The notes under the pieces are model-generated. The model made no database searches. It had not been told where the DNA came from and saw only the letters and a list, made by a program, of their open reading frames with translations. Both the position numbers and the translations under genes were made by a program. A stretch of 64,000 nt of DNA. Source: an archaeon (lineage in GTDB: Archaea; SpSt-1190; DYHY01). Location of the stretch: NCBI GenBank assembly GCA_043803745.1, contig JAZDJS010000002.1, positions 12,235-76,234 of the forward strand. Reading direction: 5' to 3'. This document shows, piece by piece, positions 9,401 through 17,532 of the stretch (positions within the stretch are counted from its first letter, which is position 1; the number at the start of each line of letters is the position of its first letter).

Positions 9401-12400
9401 GCTATCACCGTCCCGTTCGAAAGATATTTGGTGTTCCAATAGGGCGCCCCGTCCCGGGCAAAGTTCTCCCCTTCCCAGGCCTGCATCAGCCCGTCGGTCG
9501 CGCACCAGACTCCCCAGCCCGCAATCGAGCCCGAGGCTCCCGGCTTTGTCGAGTTGAAGCACCAGCCATCCTTCCATCCGTCCGGAAGGCCGTCGTTGTC
9601 GCTGTCAACATCAAGGGCGTTCTTGAAATCGTCATAATCGTCAGTTGTCTGGTTCCAGTTCCGTTCAGTCCCGTCAATTATCCCGTCCCCGTCAGTGTCG
9701 GCAGCGTTCCGGTCGGTCTCCCCCGCATCGACAATTCCGTCGTTGTCAACATCCTCGAACTTGTCAAGGAGGCCGTCCTTGTCAGTGTCTGCGTTGCTCG
9801 GGTTCGTAAGGGCAAGGTCCATGTTATAGGTTTCCTTGTGGTTCGATGCGTAAGCTGAAATAGGATTCGCAGAAAGGTCGGCGAAGGTTCCCGTCCTGAA
9901 AACGGTATAGTTGTTTCCGCCGGTCCTGACAAGTATGTGCGTCCCGTTGTCATAAACCGGATAGCCTTCGGGAGTGTCGACCTGGACGTTCCTTCCAAGG
10001 AGGGTGTAGTTGAGCGGAAGCTGCGCAGCTGTCAGGTTTGCGTTGGGGATGGCAAGGACATATCCAATGAGCGCCGCGCTGCTGTTTGTGAGCGAGCGCT
10101 GGACTGCGATTCCCGTTCCAGCAGCCCAATAATTGAATGTTCCAGTCGTTGAATTGTATGCCGCGTTCGTCCTGAATACGACCCGGGCTTCCGTCCAGTC
10201 GGTCGAGGTGTCGTTGTCCGAGTCAGTATCGAAAACATTGAGCAGCTTGTCCCCGTCCGCATCCTTGTCAAAGGAGGCTTCCTCGCCGTTCAGGATTCCG
10301 TCGCCGTCCGCATCCTTGTCAAGGAAGTTCGGAATGCCATTGTGGTCAGCATCGTTATACCCGAGGGCGACCCTTGCGCCGTCGGAAAGCCCGTCGTTCA
10401 GCGAGTCTTTCTTCAGCGGGTCCGAGACCATCAGCAGGTTTCCCGTTTCCTTGCCGGCTGAATTGTAGGCGGGGACCGTCCCGTGCCCCGTCTCAGCATA
10501 GTACGCGTCCGAAGCAAGGGAGAACGTTGTCGGGCTTCCATAGACGGGGTTCTTGTCTCCCGGGACGTCCATCGCAACATATGGCGGGATATATGAGAAA
10601 ATTGAATGCGTGCTTGTGCCTAGTGCGTTGTAAGCCCTCGCTGCGACAAATGCATAGTCTCCGGACGGATGCCAGGAAATCCCGAAAAGGCGAGAGCTTG
10701 TTGACGGAATCTTGCTTGTGAAGTTGTTCTCAGCCGAATCGAAGATTATCGCCTTCCCGTTCGAGTTCGGACCGTCGTCATCAGTCACAATCAGCGCCTC
10801 CCCGGTTCTCGGGTTCCATTCAACATCCTTTGCATCCCCGAGGCAGCTCCATATGCAGGGAATCTTGTATGAAAGGCAGGTTCCGTTCCAGTAGCATTTG
10901 TAGAGGTATTTCTCGTTGCCCGCAGCAGTTCCGAGCATAAGGCCTGCATCGATTTGCTTGTTATTCCGGGAATCTGTGCTTCTTTTCCAGTCTGCTGAAG
11001 TGATTTTTGTCGGCGCCGGAGAGAGCGTGAGATTGAACTGCCAGCTTTCGAATCCGGCATTATACTGGAAAACGAAAGCTTTGCCCGTTGAAGTCGTGAT
11101 GAGCACGTAGACGTTGTCAATGTAGCTTACGTCAGTATAGCTGTATCCCGGCCCGCCAAGGCCGGATGGTCTTGTTATGTCCGAGACAATTCCGGATGCC
11201 GCGTCGTATCTGAGTATTTTCCCGTCCCCGACAATCACAGCAACATCCCCGTAAGAGGGAAACTCTACGGAGGAAAGATTCGCAGTTACCCCGCTTGAGA
11301 CAATCGAAACGTTCTTGGTTGTCGCGTTGTATTTCAGGACTGTTCCGACGTTTCCCACAAGAATTGCCCGGTCCCCTGACGGGCTCCACGCTGCGCCCTT
11401 TATGCAATAGGATCCGGGAATCGTCAGGCTTTCTAACCGATTGTCCGGATAAACAAGGTAGCCGTCCCCAACCCAGCAGAAAATATCGTCGATATGCTCC
11501 AGTCCGATGGCATACTCCCCGCTTGGGTTCCATGCAACCTTTTCCATTATGTGGTTCAGGCTCGAGTATTTTATTATGCCGTTCAGGACCGGCTGCTTGG
11601 CATAGGCCGCTTCATACCCCTCCGGGCTTGTTGCGACTCCGACATAGTTTGAAAAAGTCCCGATTTGCGTGTCGGTAAGGGCAAGCCCCTTGATTCTTCC
11701 AAAGGGGACGAGGTTCTTGCTAATGCTGGCCCCGATGTCAACCGCAATCCAGGAATTGTCGTTCTCAGGGGCGGAATAGTCGATGTCTGATGCCCCGTAA
11801 TAGTAGACGACAAGGCGCTCGCTTCCGGATGTGTTTGTGAAAAGCTCGGTTGAATTGTCCTTCCTAACCTCCCGTCTATACTGGCCGTTGCCCGGAGTTC
11901 CGGAGGTTTCAGTGAGAACCGCCGTAATGTTTGCCGGGCTTCTGACCGTGACATAATAGGGATAATCCATTTCATAAATGCTAAAGTTAGTTCCAGGACC
12001 GGTAAAGCCCCAGGAATAAGAACCGCCCATGAACGCGCTGTAATAATAGACTGTTACGGATTCCTGGGCAGTCAGGTTCGTTCCAAGAACGACAAGCCCG
12101 TTCATTCCTTGCTTGATCCACCAGTATTGCCCTGGAGACGGAGGATAGACCGGATTGTTTGTCTGGTTTGTATAGCTGAAACCCGAGGAGTAAGAAGTAA
12201 CATTAATTATCGAGGAAACCCGGTATGCCAGCCGGTAAGCAGAGCCAGAAAGCAATTCTTCCCGGATTATTCTCCCGCCGTTGACATCATCCGCATCAGT
12301 CCTGAACTCTATCCAGTCCCCTTCGCTGTCCGGAAGCCCGTCGCCATCGGTGTCCGGGTTCGTCATGTTCGTTCCCTTCGCCGGTTCAACCCCGTCGTAA

Positions 12401-14445
12401 ACCCCGTCCCCGTCAGTGTCAGGATTCAGCGGGTCGGTGTGTTGTGTGTTTATTTCATCCCAGTCTGAAATCAAATCACCGTCAGTGTCAGCGGAAGACG
12501 GGTTCGTCCCGTAGAGCTTCTTCTCATCAGAATCTGAAAACCCATCCCCGTCGCTGTGGTTCGATTTCGGGTTCGATGTTGTCCAGTAATTCTTCCCACC
12601 GACCAGGATGCTCCAGCCATAGACCTCGGCAAAGTCGGAAAGGCCGTCGTTGTCCCAGTCTGGATTCAGGGGATTCGTTCCGGCAGTCGTTTCCCCGATA
12701 GAGACTATTGTCCAATTCCCGAGCATTGTTATGCTCCCATCCCAGAGCCCGTCCCCGTCGGAATCCGGGTTCGTCGGGTCTGTTTCTCCGGCGTCAAGGA
12801 GTCCATTCATGTTCGCGTCCTCGAAGCTGTCTTGGCGCCCGTCATCATCAGTATCGAATTTGACCGGGGAAATCCGGTCAGTCCCGTTCCGGTATTCGAT
12901 TGAATCCCCTATTCCGTCCCCATCCGAGTCGGAATCTTTTGCGTTTATCAGCCCGTCCGAATCGCAATCGACATCGGGCCCGCAGTTGTCGGTGAACATC
13001 ATTGATTCGTAATTCTCAGCCCCGTCCTTGACTCCGTCCCCATCAGTATCCGGATTGTTGAGAAGGGTTCCAATCGTGTATTCAGTTAGATCGGAAAGCC
13101 CGTCCCCGTCAGTGTCCGGGTTCGAGCCAAGCGTCCCTAGAATTGATTCGCCAATTGGGATTACCGTCCCATTTGCAAGCCTCCTGAACGTTCCGTCCCA
13201 GAGGCCGTCCCCGTCAGAATCGTTCGCAAGCGTCTTCTTCCCGTTTCCGAGCTCTTGGAGGTTCGTTACCCCGTCAAGGTCAAGGTCGCCGGAAGCGCCG
13301 TAATTTCCGACTGATGAGGTTGCGTCAAGCCCGTTCCAGATTTCCCATCCGTCCGGAAGCCCGTCCCCGTCAGTATCGGCTTTGTTCGGGTCGCTTTCCC
13401 CGCCATCTATTTTCCCGTTAAGGCCCCAGTCTTCCCCTTCCCAGATCTGGACAAGTCCATCAATCTCTGAAATATTCCAAGTCCAGGTGCGGTTCCGTTC
13501 ATCATAGAACCATCCGTCAACCCATCCGTCCGGAAGCCCGTCGTTGTCCGAATCGAAATCGTTCTGGTTCGTCTTGGTTGCCGGGTCGACATCCCAGTAG
13601 CTTGAATTCGTGCTGTTGGCATATCCCATTTCAACTGCATCGACAAGCCCGTCCCCGTCGGAATCAAGCTCGTCAGTTCCATAGCCAGTCCTCTGATTCC
13701 CCTTGTACAAGCGGAAGGTAACGTCAGCCAGGTTCTGGTATGCGAAATACAGGTTGCTGTCAGTTGCGGAAATCACCGGGTTTATTGCCTTGTTCGATGT
13801 TGAAACGTTCCGCATATCCTCCCAGCGCCCGTCCGCAAAAGTCCGGTAGAAAATTCCCTTCTTGAGAACCTGCCAGACTGAATTTAGAGCAGTTCCCCCG
13901 GCAAGCTTTGGGTTCGTTGAATCAAACGATTCGTTCGAGATGATCCCCGCCGGGTAAATTCCCTTCACAATCGCCTCAATGCTGAATACCGCGCCGTTCA
14001 GGAATTGCCAGGCTGCCGCTTTCGCAGTCCCGTAGATGGAGGAAACCGGATTCGCAGCGTTTTCCTTCAGCAGGCTCCCGCTAGTCTGGTCGTCCAGATT
14101 TTGGGTCAGGCTTTTCTCGAAAACGTTCGTTCCCTCCTGCCAGGTAAGCTCGACTGTCCCGTTGTCCGAAATGTAAAAGGAAGGCGAAACTGAGTCAGCC
14201 GGGCCGTTTGTGATTTGCGTTTCCCCGTTGAAAGTAACTGCCGCAAGTGAAGGGGTTATTAGCAACAATAGGAGAAGGAAAAAAATCAATCCTACTCCAA
14301 AGTGGTTTAATTTTGCCAATTTTCCCCAATCAGGGCTCGAGGGCGGTTTTTCATTTAAATCATTTACCAGTTTTAGCCCGTTCGAAGCGAAAAAAGGGCC
14401 ATTTTTCCATAAGATTCCCTTCCAAGCAAAACCGGCAAATGACAT
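6424..14445 (-). CDS. Giant (2673 aa) surface protein: signal/anchor, multiple thrombospondin-type-3-like Ca-binding repeat blocks, beta-propeller-like repeats, uncharacterised C-terminal ~700 aa ending in hydrophobic segments
   Basis: Uninterrupted 8 kb ORF. There are dozens of D-x-D-x-D-G-x-x-D motifs (DSDGDGLVDAVE, DTDGDGLPDGWE, DTDGDGVKDGAE, DSDNDGIWDKDE...). Blade-like repeats WNPSGEYAIGLE / WSPSGDRAILVG / WNPRTGEALIVTDD / WHPSGDYAFVAA lie at about nt 10640-11560. C-terminal hydrophobic stretches include IGIGFSVASIAFPPAAVIIPTWYATYYAIWAPL. An alternative TTG start at 14319 gives a cleaner signal peptide. Confidence 0.85.
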   Translation of the reverse strand: MSFAGFAWKGILWKNGPFFASNGLKLVNDLNEKPPSSPDWGKLAKLNHFGVGLIFFLLLLLLITPSLAAVTFNGETQITNGPADSVSPSFYISDNGTVELTWQEGTNVFEKSLTQNLDDQTSGSLLKENAANPVSSIYGTAKAAAWQFLNGAVFSIEAIVKGIYPAGIISNESFDSTNPKLAGGTALNSVWQVLKKGIFYRTFADGRWEDMRNVSTSNKAINPVISATDSNLYFAYQNLADVTFRLYKGNQRTGYGTDELDSDGDGLVDAVEMGYANSTNSSYWDVDPATKTNQNDFDSDNDGLPDGWVDGWFYDERNRTWTWNISEIDGLVQIWEGEDWGLNGKIDGGESDPNKADTDGDGLPDGWEIWNGLDATSSVGNYGASGDLDLDGVTNLQELGNGKKTLANDSDGDGLWDGTFRRLANGTVIPIGESILGTLGSNPDTDGDGLSDLTEYTIGTLLNNPDTDGDGVKDGAENYESMMFTDNCGPDVDCDSDGLINAKDSDSDGDGIGDSIEYRNGTDRISPVKFDTDDDGRQDSFEDANMNGLLDAGETDPTNPDSDGDGLWDGSITMLGNWTIVSIGETTAGTNPLNPDWDNDGLSDFAEVYGWSILVGGKNYWTTSNPKSNHSDGDGFSDSDEKKLYGTNPSSADTDGDLISDWDEINTQHTDPLNPDTDGDGVYDGVEPAKGTNMTNPDTDGDGLPDSEGDWIEFRTDADDVNGGRIIREELLSGSAYRLAYRVSSIINVTSYSSGFSYTNQTNNPVYPPSPGQYWWIKQGMNGLVVLGTNLTAQESVTVYYYSAFMGGSYSWGFTGPGTNFSIYEMDYPYYVTVRSPANITAVLTETSGTPGNGQYRREVRKDNSTELFTNTSGSERLVVYYYGASDIDYSAPENDNSWIAVDIGASISKNLVPFGRIKGLALTDTQIGTFSNYVGVATSPEGYEAAYAKQPVLNGIIKYSSLNHIMEKVAWNPSGEYAIGLEHIDDIFCWVGDGYLVYPDNRLESLTIPGSYCIKGAAWSPSGDRAILVGNVGTVLKYNATTKNVSIVSSGVTANLSSVEFPSYGDVAVIVGDGKILRYDAASGIVSDITRPSGLGGPGYSYTDVSYIDNVYVLITTSTGKAFVFQYNAGFESWQFNLTLSPAPTKITSADWKRSTDSRNNKQIDAGLMLGTAAGNEKYLYKCYWNGTCLSYKIPCIWSCLGDAKDVEWNPRTGEALIVTDDDGPNSNGKAIIFDSAENNFTSKIPSTSSRLFGISWHPSGDYAFVAARAYNALGTSTHSIFSYIPPYVAMDVPGDKNPVYGSPTTFSLASDAYYAETGHGTVPAYNSAGKETGNLLMVSDPLKKDSLNDGLSDGARVALGYNDADHNGIPNFLDKDADGDGILNGEEASFDKDADGDKLLNVFDTDSDNDTSTDWTEARVVFRTNAAYNSTTGTFNYWAAGTGIAVQRSLTNSSAALIGYVLAIPNANLTAAQLPLNYTLLGRNVQVDTPEGYPVYDNGTHILVRTGGNNYTVFRTGTFADLSANPISAYASNHKETYNMDLALTNPSNADTDKDGLLDKFEDVDNDGIVDAGETDRNAADTDGDGIIDGTERNWNQTTDDYDDFKNALDVDSDNDGLPDGWKDGWCFNSTKPGASGSIAGWGVWCATDGLMQAWEGENFARDGAPYWNTKYLSNGTVIAQSETNPLNFDSDSDGVWDGEEVAIYGTNPVGGKDSDNDGIWDKDELKGWFLADSAELGDYAPTIGDVLTYWNGFRDVKGVKLYGATSVNVTLTLNFGGMYRLNLTGLDTEGSIYFNISDGNGTTIAGNTYLVPEHRTFYEGYLPGGVYDITIGPNVPGFDYVEVHRILAYKQGLNYSNTDTDSDGIKDGAEEGWGRWIFTNREFPEEELSYSSPLDADSDDDGISDGEELAKGTNPIRSDSDGDGIIDTYDLLPNANLETSYPWSDVFRPGTLYYESKQYLWFLDGHSHRIDCGDWGLTSCNRNEVVELGENGVRNSPTDLASRTNTIEEGVNYGLDSWIYRVENTTDGVVFYEGGDRHYSISYTRDYFYYSNLDPYPTYKISYDLTGRAYTVMLGNGRDAYMVEGKGWVPTYEAASIGDPEMKYWYAEAPIKLEPGKNQHVTLQISVDPALDKSVSNDSENYLVPAIDYALYDGEFSWGTGVMSGISIGRTLEYVTTRHSYEFTINLPKEKIEKPGYVIYLSPIYINVTGGKISRIPMNARNIKAGALAKTTDDYSFSLVTNLSANVSAINSALPANIQTYPTGNATVGPYKLFVYNGAPENVTQFFNSTSLGGYSGVVLIGSSEADVSFTASSLNWSAVSPKWEFYYNDSLNNSLPSRNSIKETRRTTRFYSSFGALDMEPFAAASTTSNETFVTITKNNQTKYSVTRNDAKKTSTPDLETTIVRAITVTINDISTSEFLTDPRFNSIKAEITKFAPGTVATVTNAESIIVSSLITGNYKQVIIYKIANYLYDHKSAIADFGKFGWKMRTIKNTLQGASGGKVSFGIFQRSFLPPNVPGKFVHVGVTDAVMLGLDVAKMGYQIYTARTTEDPIMKKAAYEDVAATGIGIGFSVASIAFPPAAVIIPTWYATYYAIWAPLKLLNHYDIIDVEQGPFDHLAAGPEGIVFIFEFNTGIIPSAMSLDALKTAYADTDVYQERWFLPSQVVPAE

Positions 14446-14456
14446 TCCAAAAAAAC

Positions 14457-14465
14457 TTTTATAAG
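14457..14465 (+). promoter_or_regulatory. TATA-like box (TTTTATAAG) for the 14487 gene
   Basis: The box starts 30 nt upstream of the ATG at 14487. It is only 12-20 nt from the annotated ATG (14445) of the divergent giant ORF. Confidence 0.5.
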
Positions 14466-14486
14466 AAAGTTCAGGTGCTCCCTGCC

Positions 14487-15110
14487 ATGGGGTGCCGCAT
14501 CCTTGTTGTGGGCGCGGGCAGCGATAGTGTTACGCTGAATTTTCTGGCTGGAAGCGAACCCGACCCCGCCGAAGCTGAAAAAGCCCAGATAAACGCATAC
14601 CGGGAATTCATTGGGCGCAATCCGCCGTTTGACGAGGTTGCTGCAATAGATTCCTATCGACGCAGCATCGAAAAGCTGAGAGAAAAAGGAATCGACCCGA
14701 AAGTGCAGTCGATTCTTGCAAGGGTGCCAACGGAATTTCTCCGTGAGCGGGAGGAAGCTGATGATAACTGGGACGCGCTTGTTTCAGGAACGCCGTTTGA
14801 CGTTGTATTCGTCCCGCACGTCGTTGGATATTACACCGGAGCCGTCCGCTCATACCTACAGGCAAGGTCGCTGCTCAGGAACGCCGCCCGCTGCTGTAGG
14901 GACGGAGGTTCCCTGATAGCACTTGACTGCGACAAGGATTTCAGGCTTCCGTCCGGGGGAAGCCCCTCAGGTCCGCGGGAATACAAGCTAGGCTCCCTCC
15001 GGGAAACATATGAATTCCTCTGTCCGTCCGGCTTTTTCATCGAATCAATTAGGGATGGAAGTTCCGAATCAGTCCCGACCGATGTCGTCCTTTACAGGAA
15101 AGTCGCCTGA
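14487..15110 (+). CDS. Hypothetical protein, class-I SAM-methyltransferase-like (weak)
   Basis: Start moved to the internal ATG (MGCRILVVGAGSDS...) because it sits 30 nt after a TATA box; the track ORF start at 14247 would overlap the giant gene. G-rich loop ILVVGAGSD, acidic-end strand FDVVFVPHVV and CCRDGGSLIALD resemble Rossmann MTase motifs I, II and post-II. Confidence 0.45.
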   Translation: MGCRILVVGAGSDSVTLNFLAGSEPDPAEAEKAQINAYREFIGRNPPFDEVAAIDSYRRSIEKLREKGIDPKVQSILARVPTEFLREREEADDNWDALVSGTPFDVVFVPHVVGYYTGAVRSYLQARSLLRNAARCCRDGGSLIALDCDKDFRLPSGGSPSGPREYKLGSLRETYEFLCPSGFFIESIRDGSSESVPTDVVLYRKVA

Positions 15111-15212
15111 AACGGAGGGGGGCGGGAAATCCGAACTTTCCGGGATTCCGCCGAAGGAAGAAGCGCGCCCGCGGACGGTGAATGTTAAATATGCCGCGCG
15201 CCCCCGAGCATT

Positions 15213-15881
15213 ATGGGAGAAACCTCGAAAAGAGCACAGCAGTATTTTCCTGAGAGAAACGAGCCCCCTGAGCTCAGTCCGGAAAGCAGGAAGGACCCAC
15301 TTAACAAGGCTCTTGCTGTAGCGGGGAAGCTTCGGGAAAAGATAGTTGCCCAAGCGAACTTTTCCGAGCCCTTCGAAGCGGCGGGCTTTCATGAGATAGG
15401 CAAGCTGGATTACTCTCCCGAATATGAGAAAATGGACGGCAAATTGAGGACCGCCCTGGGCTTTCCGAAAGAACTCACTTCCCCAGCAGAACTTGTTGCA
15501 AAGGCGGATTTGGAAACGCCAGCGATAGGACCCGTCACGGCATACCTAGAGTTCATTGCGGAGCACACGAAACGAACGGTTGACCACATCTGTAGGGCAG
15601 TTCATGCTTCCGGGCGAGAAGTTTCCAAAGGGCTTCTCGGGGGGCTTGCGGAAAAATCCCCAAAGTTCAAGGAAGTTTACAATTCAGTGAACGGCTTTGC
15701 GGGCAGGGGCAAGGAGATACTTGAAGGCGCTGCCGAAGCAATTGAGGAACTCGGAAAAAGGCCTTATTCGGAATATGAACGCCCCGAGGGGAAGGAGATA
15801 CCCGGCATAGAAGCAGCCCAGAAAAAGCTCCGGGAAGGCCTTGCAGAGGCGTTTCAGCCGGAAATACCCGAAACCAGCTGA
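15213..15881 (+). CDS. Hypothetical soluble protein (helical, E/K/A-rich), no family recognised
   Basis: ATG ORF of 222 aa preceded by GTTAAATATG about 28 nt upstream. The amino-acid composition looks like that of a real protein. Confidence 0.5.
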   Translation: MGETSKRAQQYFPERNEPPELSPESRKDPLNKALAVAGKLREKIVAQANFSEPFEAAGFHEIGKLDYSPEYEKMDGKLRTALGFPKELTSPAELVAKADLETPAIGPVTAYLEFIAEHTKRTVDHICRAVHASGREVSKGLLGGLAEKSPKFKEVYNSVNGFAGRGKEILEGAAEAIEELGKRPYSEYERPEGKEIPGIEAAQKKLREGLAEAFQPEIPETS

Positions 15882-16414
15882 AGCGAAAACCTGTTGCCCA
15901 TTTCCTCTTCGGCCTAGGCCTTTTCTCCGCAATCAAGGTTTCCGGGCTTTCGTTCTGGTTCTACAAGGGGATAGGGTTCCTGGCAATCCTCATCGGCCTC
16001 GCCAACCTGAAGGACTTTTTCTGGTATGGCGGGGGCGGGTTCGTAATGGAGATACCCAGAAACTGGAGGCCTGCCCTGAAGAAGCTGCTCTCCAGGGTGA
16101 CTTCCCCCTTCGGCGCCTTTTTGATGGGGTTTGTCGTCTGCCTTTTCGAGCTTCCTTGCACCGGCGGGCCTTACATCTTCATACTCGGGCTCCTTGCGGA
16201 GAAGGCAACTTTCGTCTCAACCTTCCCGGTTCTTGCGATATACAACATCTTTTTCGTCCTGCCCTTGCTCCTGATAACCTTCGGGATATACCTTGGATTC
16301 TCCCAAGTCGAGACTGCGGCCGAGTGGAAGGAGAAAAACCTCCGGAACCTTCACCTTGTCGCAGGGATAGTGATGCTGCTCCTGGGACTTGGGGTCGTCC
16401 TCGGGCTGATTTGA
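15881..16414 (+). pseudogene. CcdA/DsbD-family thiol-disulfide membrane transporter, 5'-truncated remnant (ATG-initiated part is only 16046..16414)
   Basis: FELPCTGGPYIFILGLL matches the second-Cys PCTGP helix of CcdA. In-frame hydrophobic sequence KRKPVAHFLFGLGLFSAIKVSGLSFWFYKGIGFLAILIGLANL continues upstream to about 15885 with no ATG/GTG/TTG. The first Cys-bearing helix is absent, and the upstream gene occupies its place in another frame. Confidence 0.45.
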
Positions 16415-16508
16415 ACCGGGCGCCCTCGAGAATTCCAGCCCCCGGAATCGCGGCCGGGAATTCTTTCCGAGAGGATTTTTATAAACTCCCGCCGGCAGGG
16501 GTCCGCAA

Positions 16509-17112
16509 ATGGAGGAAATTGCAAAGCCCGCGGCCGGGAACCGGGCGAAGGCCCGCCGGATGAAAGTCGCCTTCGTCAGCTACTACTACGAACCTCCGCC
16601 CGTCCGGCGTCGGCATCCATGTCAGGAATCTTGCGCGAGCCCTTGCCGCGAGGGACTGTGAGGTTCACGTTTTCTGCGGCAGTTCCGGACATGGCAGCTA
16701 CCGGGAGGGCGGCGTAACTGTCCATAAAATAAAGAGCAGGCGCCCGAACGTCAGGGGGGAGTTCTCGCAGATGTGGCTCGAATATTACCTGTTCGAGTCC
16801 GAGGTTGTGCGCGCGCTAATAGGCGAGAACGCGAAAAGGCCGTTCGACATACTTCACACCCACGGTTTCCTGACCGGCGCCGCATTCATCGTGAGGACCG
16901 CATGCGGGACGAAATGGATACACACCTTCCACGCGGTGGAACGCTCCCGCGTCAGGAAGCTTTCAAGGGAGGAGGAATCGTTCACTAGCCTCATCTCCTG
17001 GCTGGAAGACACGGTCAGGCATCTTCCGGTCGAACCCGGCGGACCTGTCGTTCAATCAACGTGTCCGAACTGGGCTGAAGAACGAACCCCTATTGCCCCT
17101 CGGCCGCATTGA
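16509..17112 (+). pseudogene. GT4-family glycosyltransferase remnant: frameshifted near 16595-16605 and truncated after the N-terminal Rossmann half
   Basis: Frame 0 reads MEEIAKPAAGNRAKARRMKVAFVSYYYEPPPV and then runs into a stop. Frame +1 continues with the expected SGVGIHVRNLARALAARDCEVHVFCGSSGHGSYREGGVTVHKIKS...FDILHTHGFLTGAAFIVRTACGTKWIHTFHAVERS. No GT-B C-terminal half follows. A TATA box (TTTTTATAAAC) lies about 28 nt before 16509. Confidence 0.65.
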
Positions 17113-17479
17113 ACAGGAAGGGCTTTCCGAAGGCCTCCCAGGAAAGCTCATCCGTCCCAAGGAAGATTTCAAGGATTTTTTCCGGAAGCGCGGCTTGCGG
17201 AATGATGCGTGTCTTCTGCCCCCTGGGATACCTTTCTCCGTTTTCAGTGACCTTGAAAAAGTCATATTTGATTTTTTCATCATCCGGAGAGATTTCCGGA
17301 GCATATTTTGCGGAACATTTGGGGTCAACCAGGGCGTTTTTCAGGGGACCCGTCTCATATCCATGTTCCGAGACGGTCCTAGTCACGGGGGGCTCCTGAA
17401 GAAGAACGGTCTTGTAATATGTCGTTACGTTCTTCTGTGCGGAATATCTCTGAGCAAGCCCCGAATTAAAACTCCCCAT
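17090..17479 (-). CDS. Hypothetical protein (129 aa), no family recognised
   Basis: ATG ORF with balanced composition (MGSFNSGLAQRYSAQKNVTTYYKTVLLQEPP...). The overlapping plus-strand ORFs are F/R/C-rich shadow frames. Confidence 0.5.
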   Translation of the reverse strand: MGSFNSGLAQRYSAQKNVTTYYKTVLLQEPPVTRTVSEHGYETGPLKNALVDPKCSAKYAPEISPDDEKIKYDFFKVTENGERYPRGQKTRIIPQAALPEKILEIFLGTDELSWEAFGKPFLFNAAEGQ

Positions 17480-17532
17480 GATTGACTGGGACGGCGCGCC
17501 CCCTTATTTCTTTTTCCCTTTTCACGGGGTAA

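Noticed and set aside
17093-17485. Plus-strand ORF as a continuation of the GT4 glycosyltransferase
   Set aside because: LGRIEQEG loosely resembles the GRL..KG start of a GT-B C-terminal domain. The rest is F/R/C-rich and lacks the E-x7-E / EAMA-type motifs. The opposite-strand ORF (17090..17479) has normal protein composition and codon usage.
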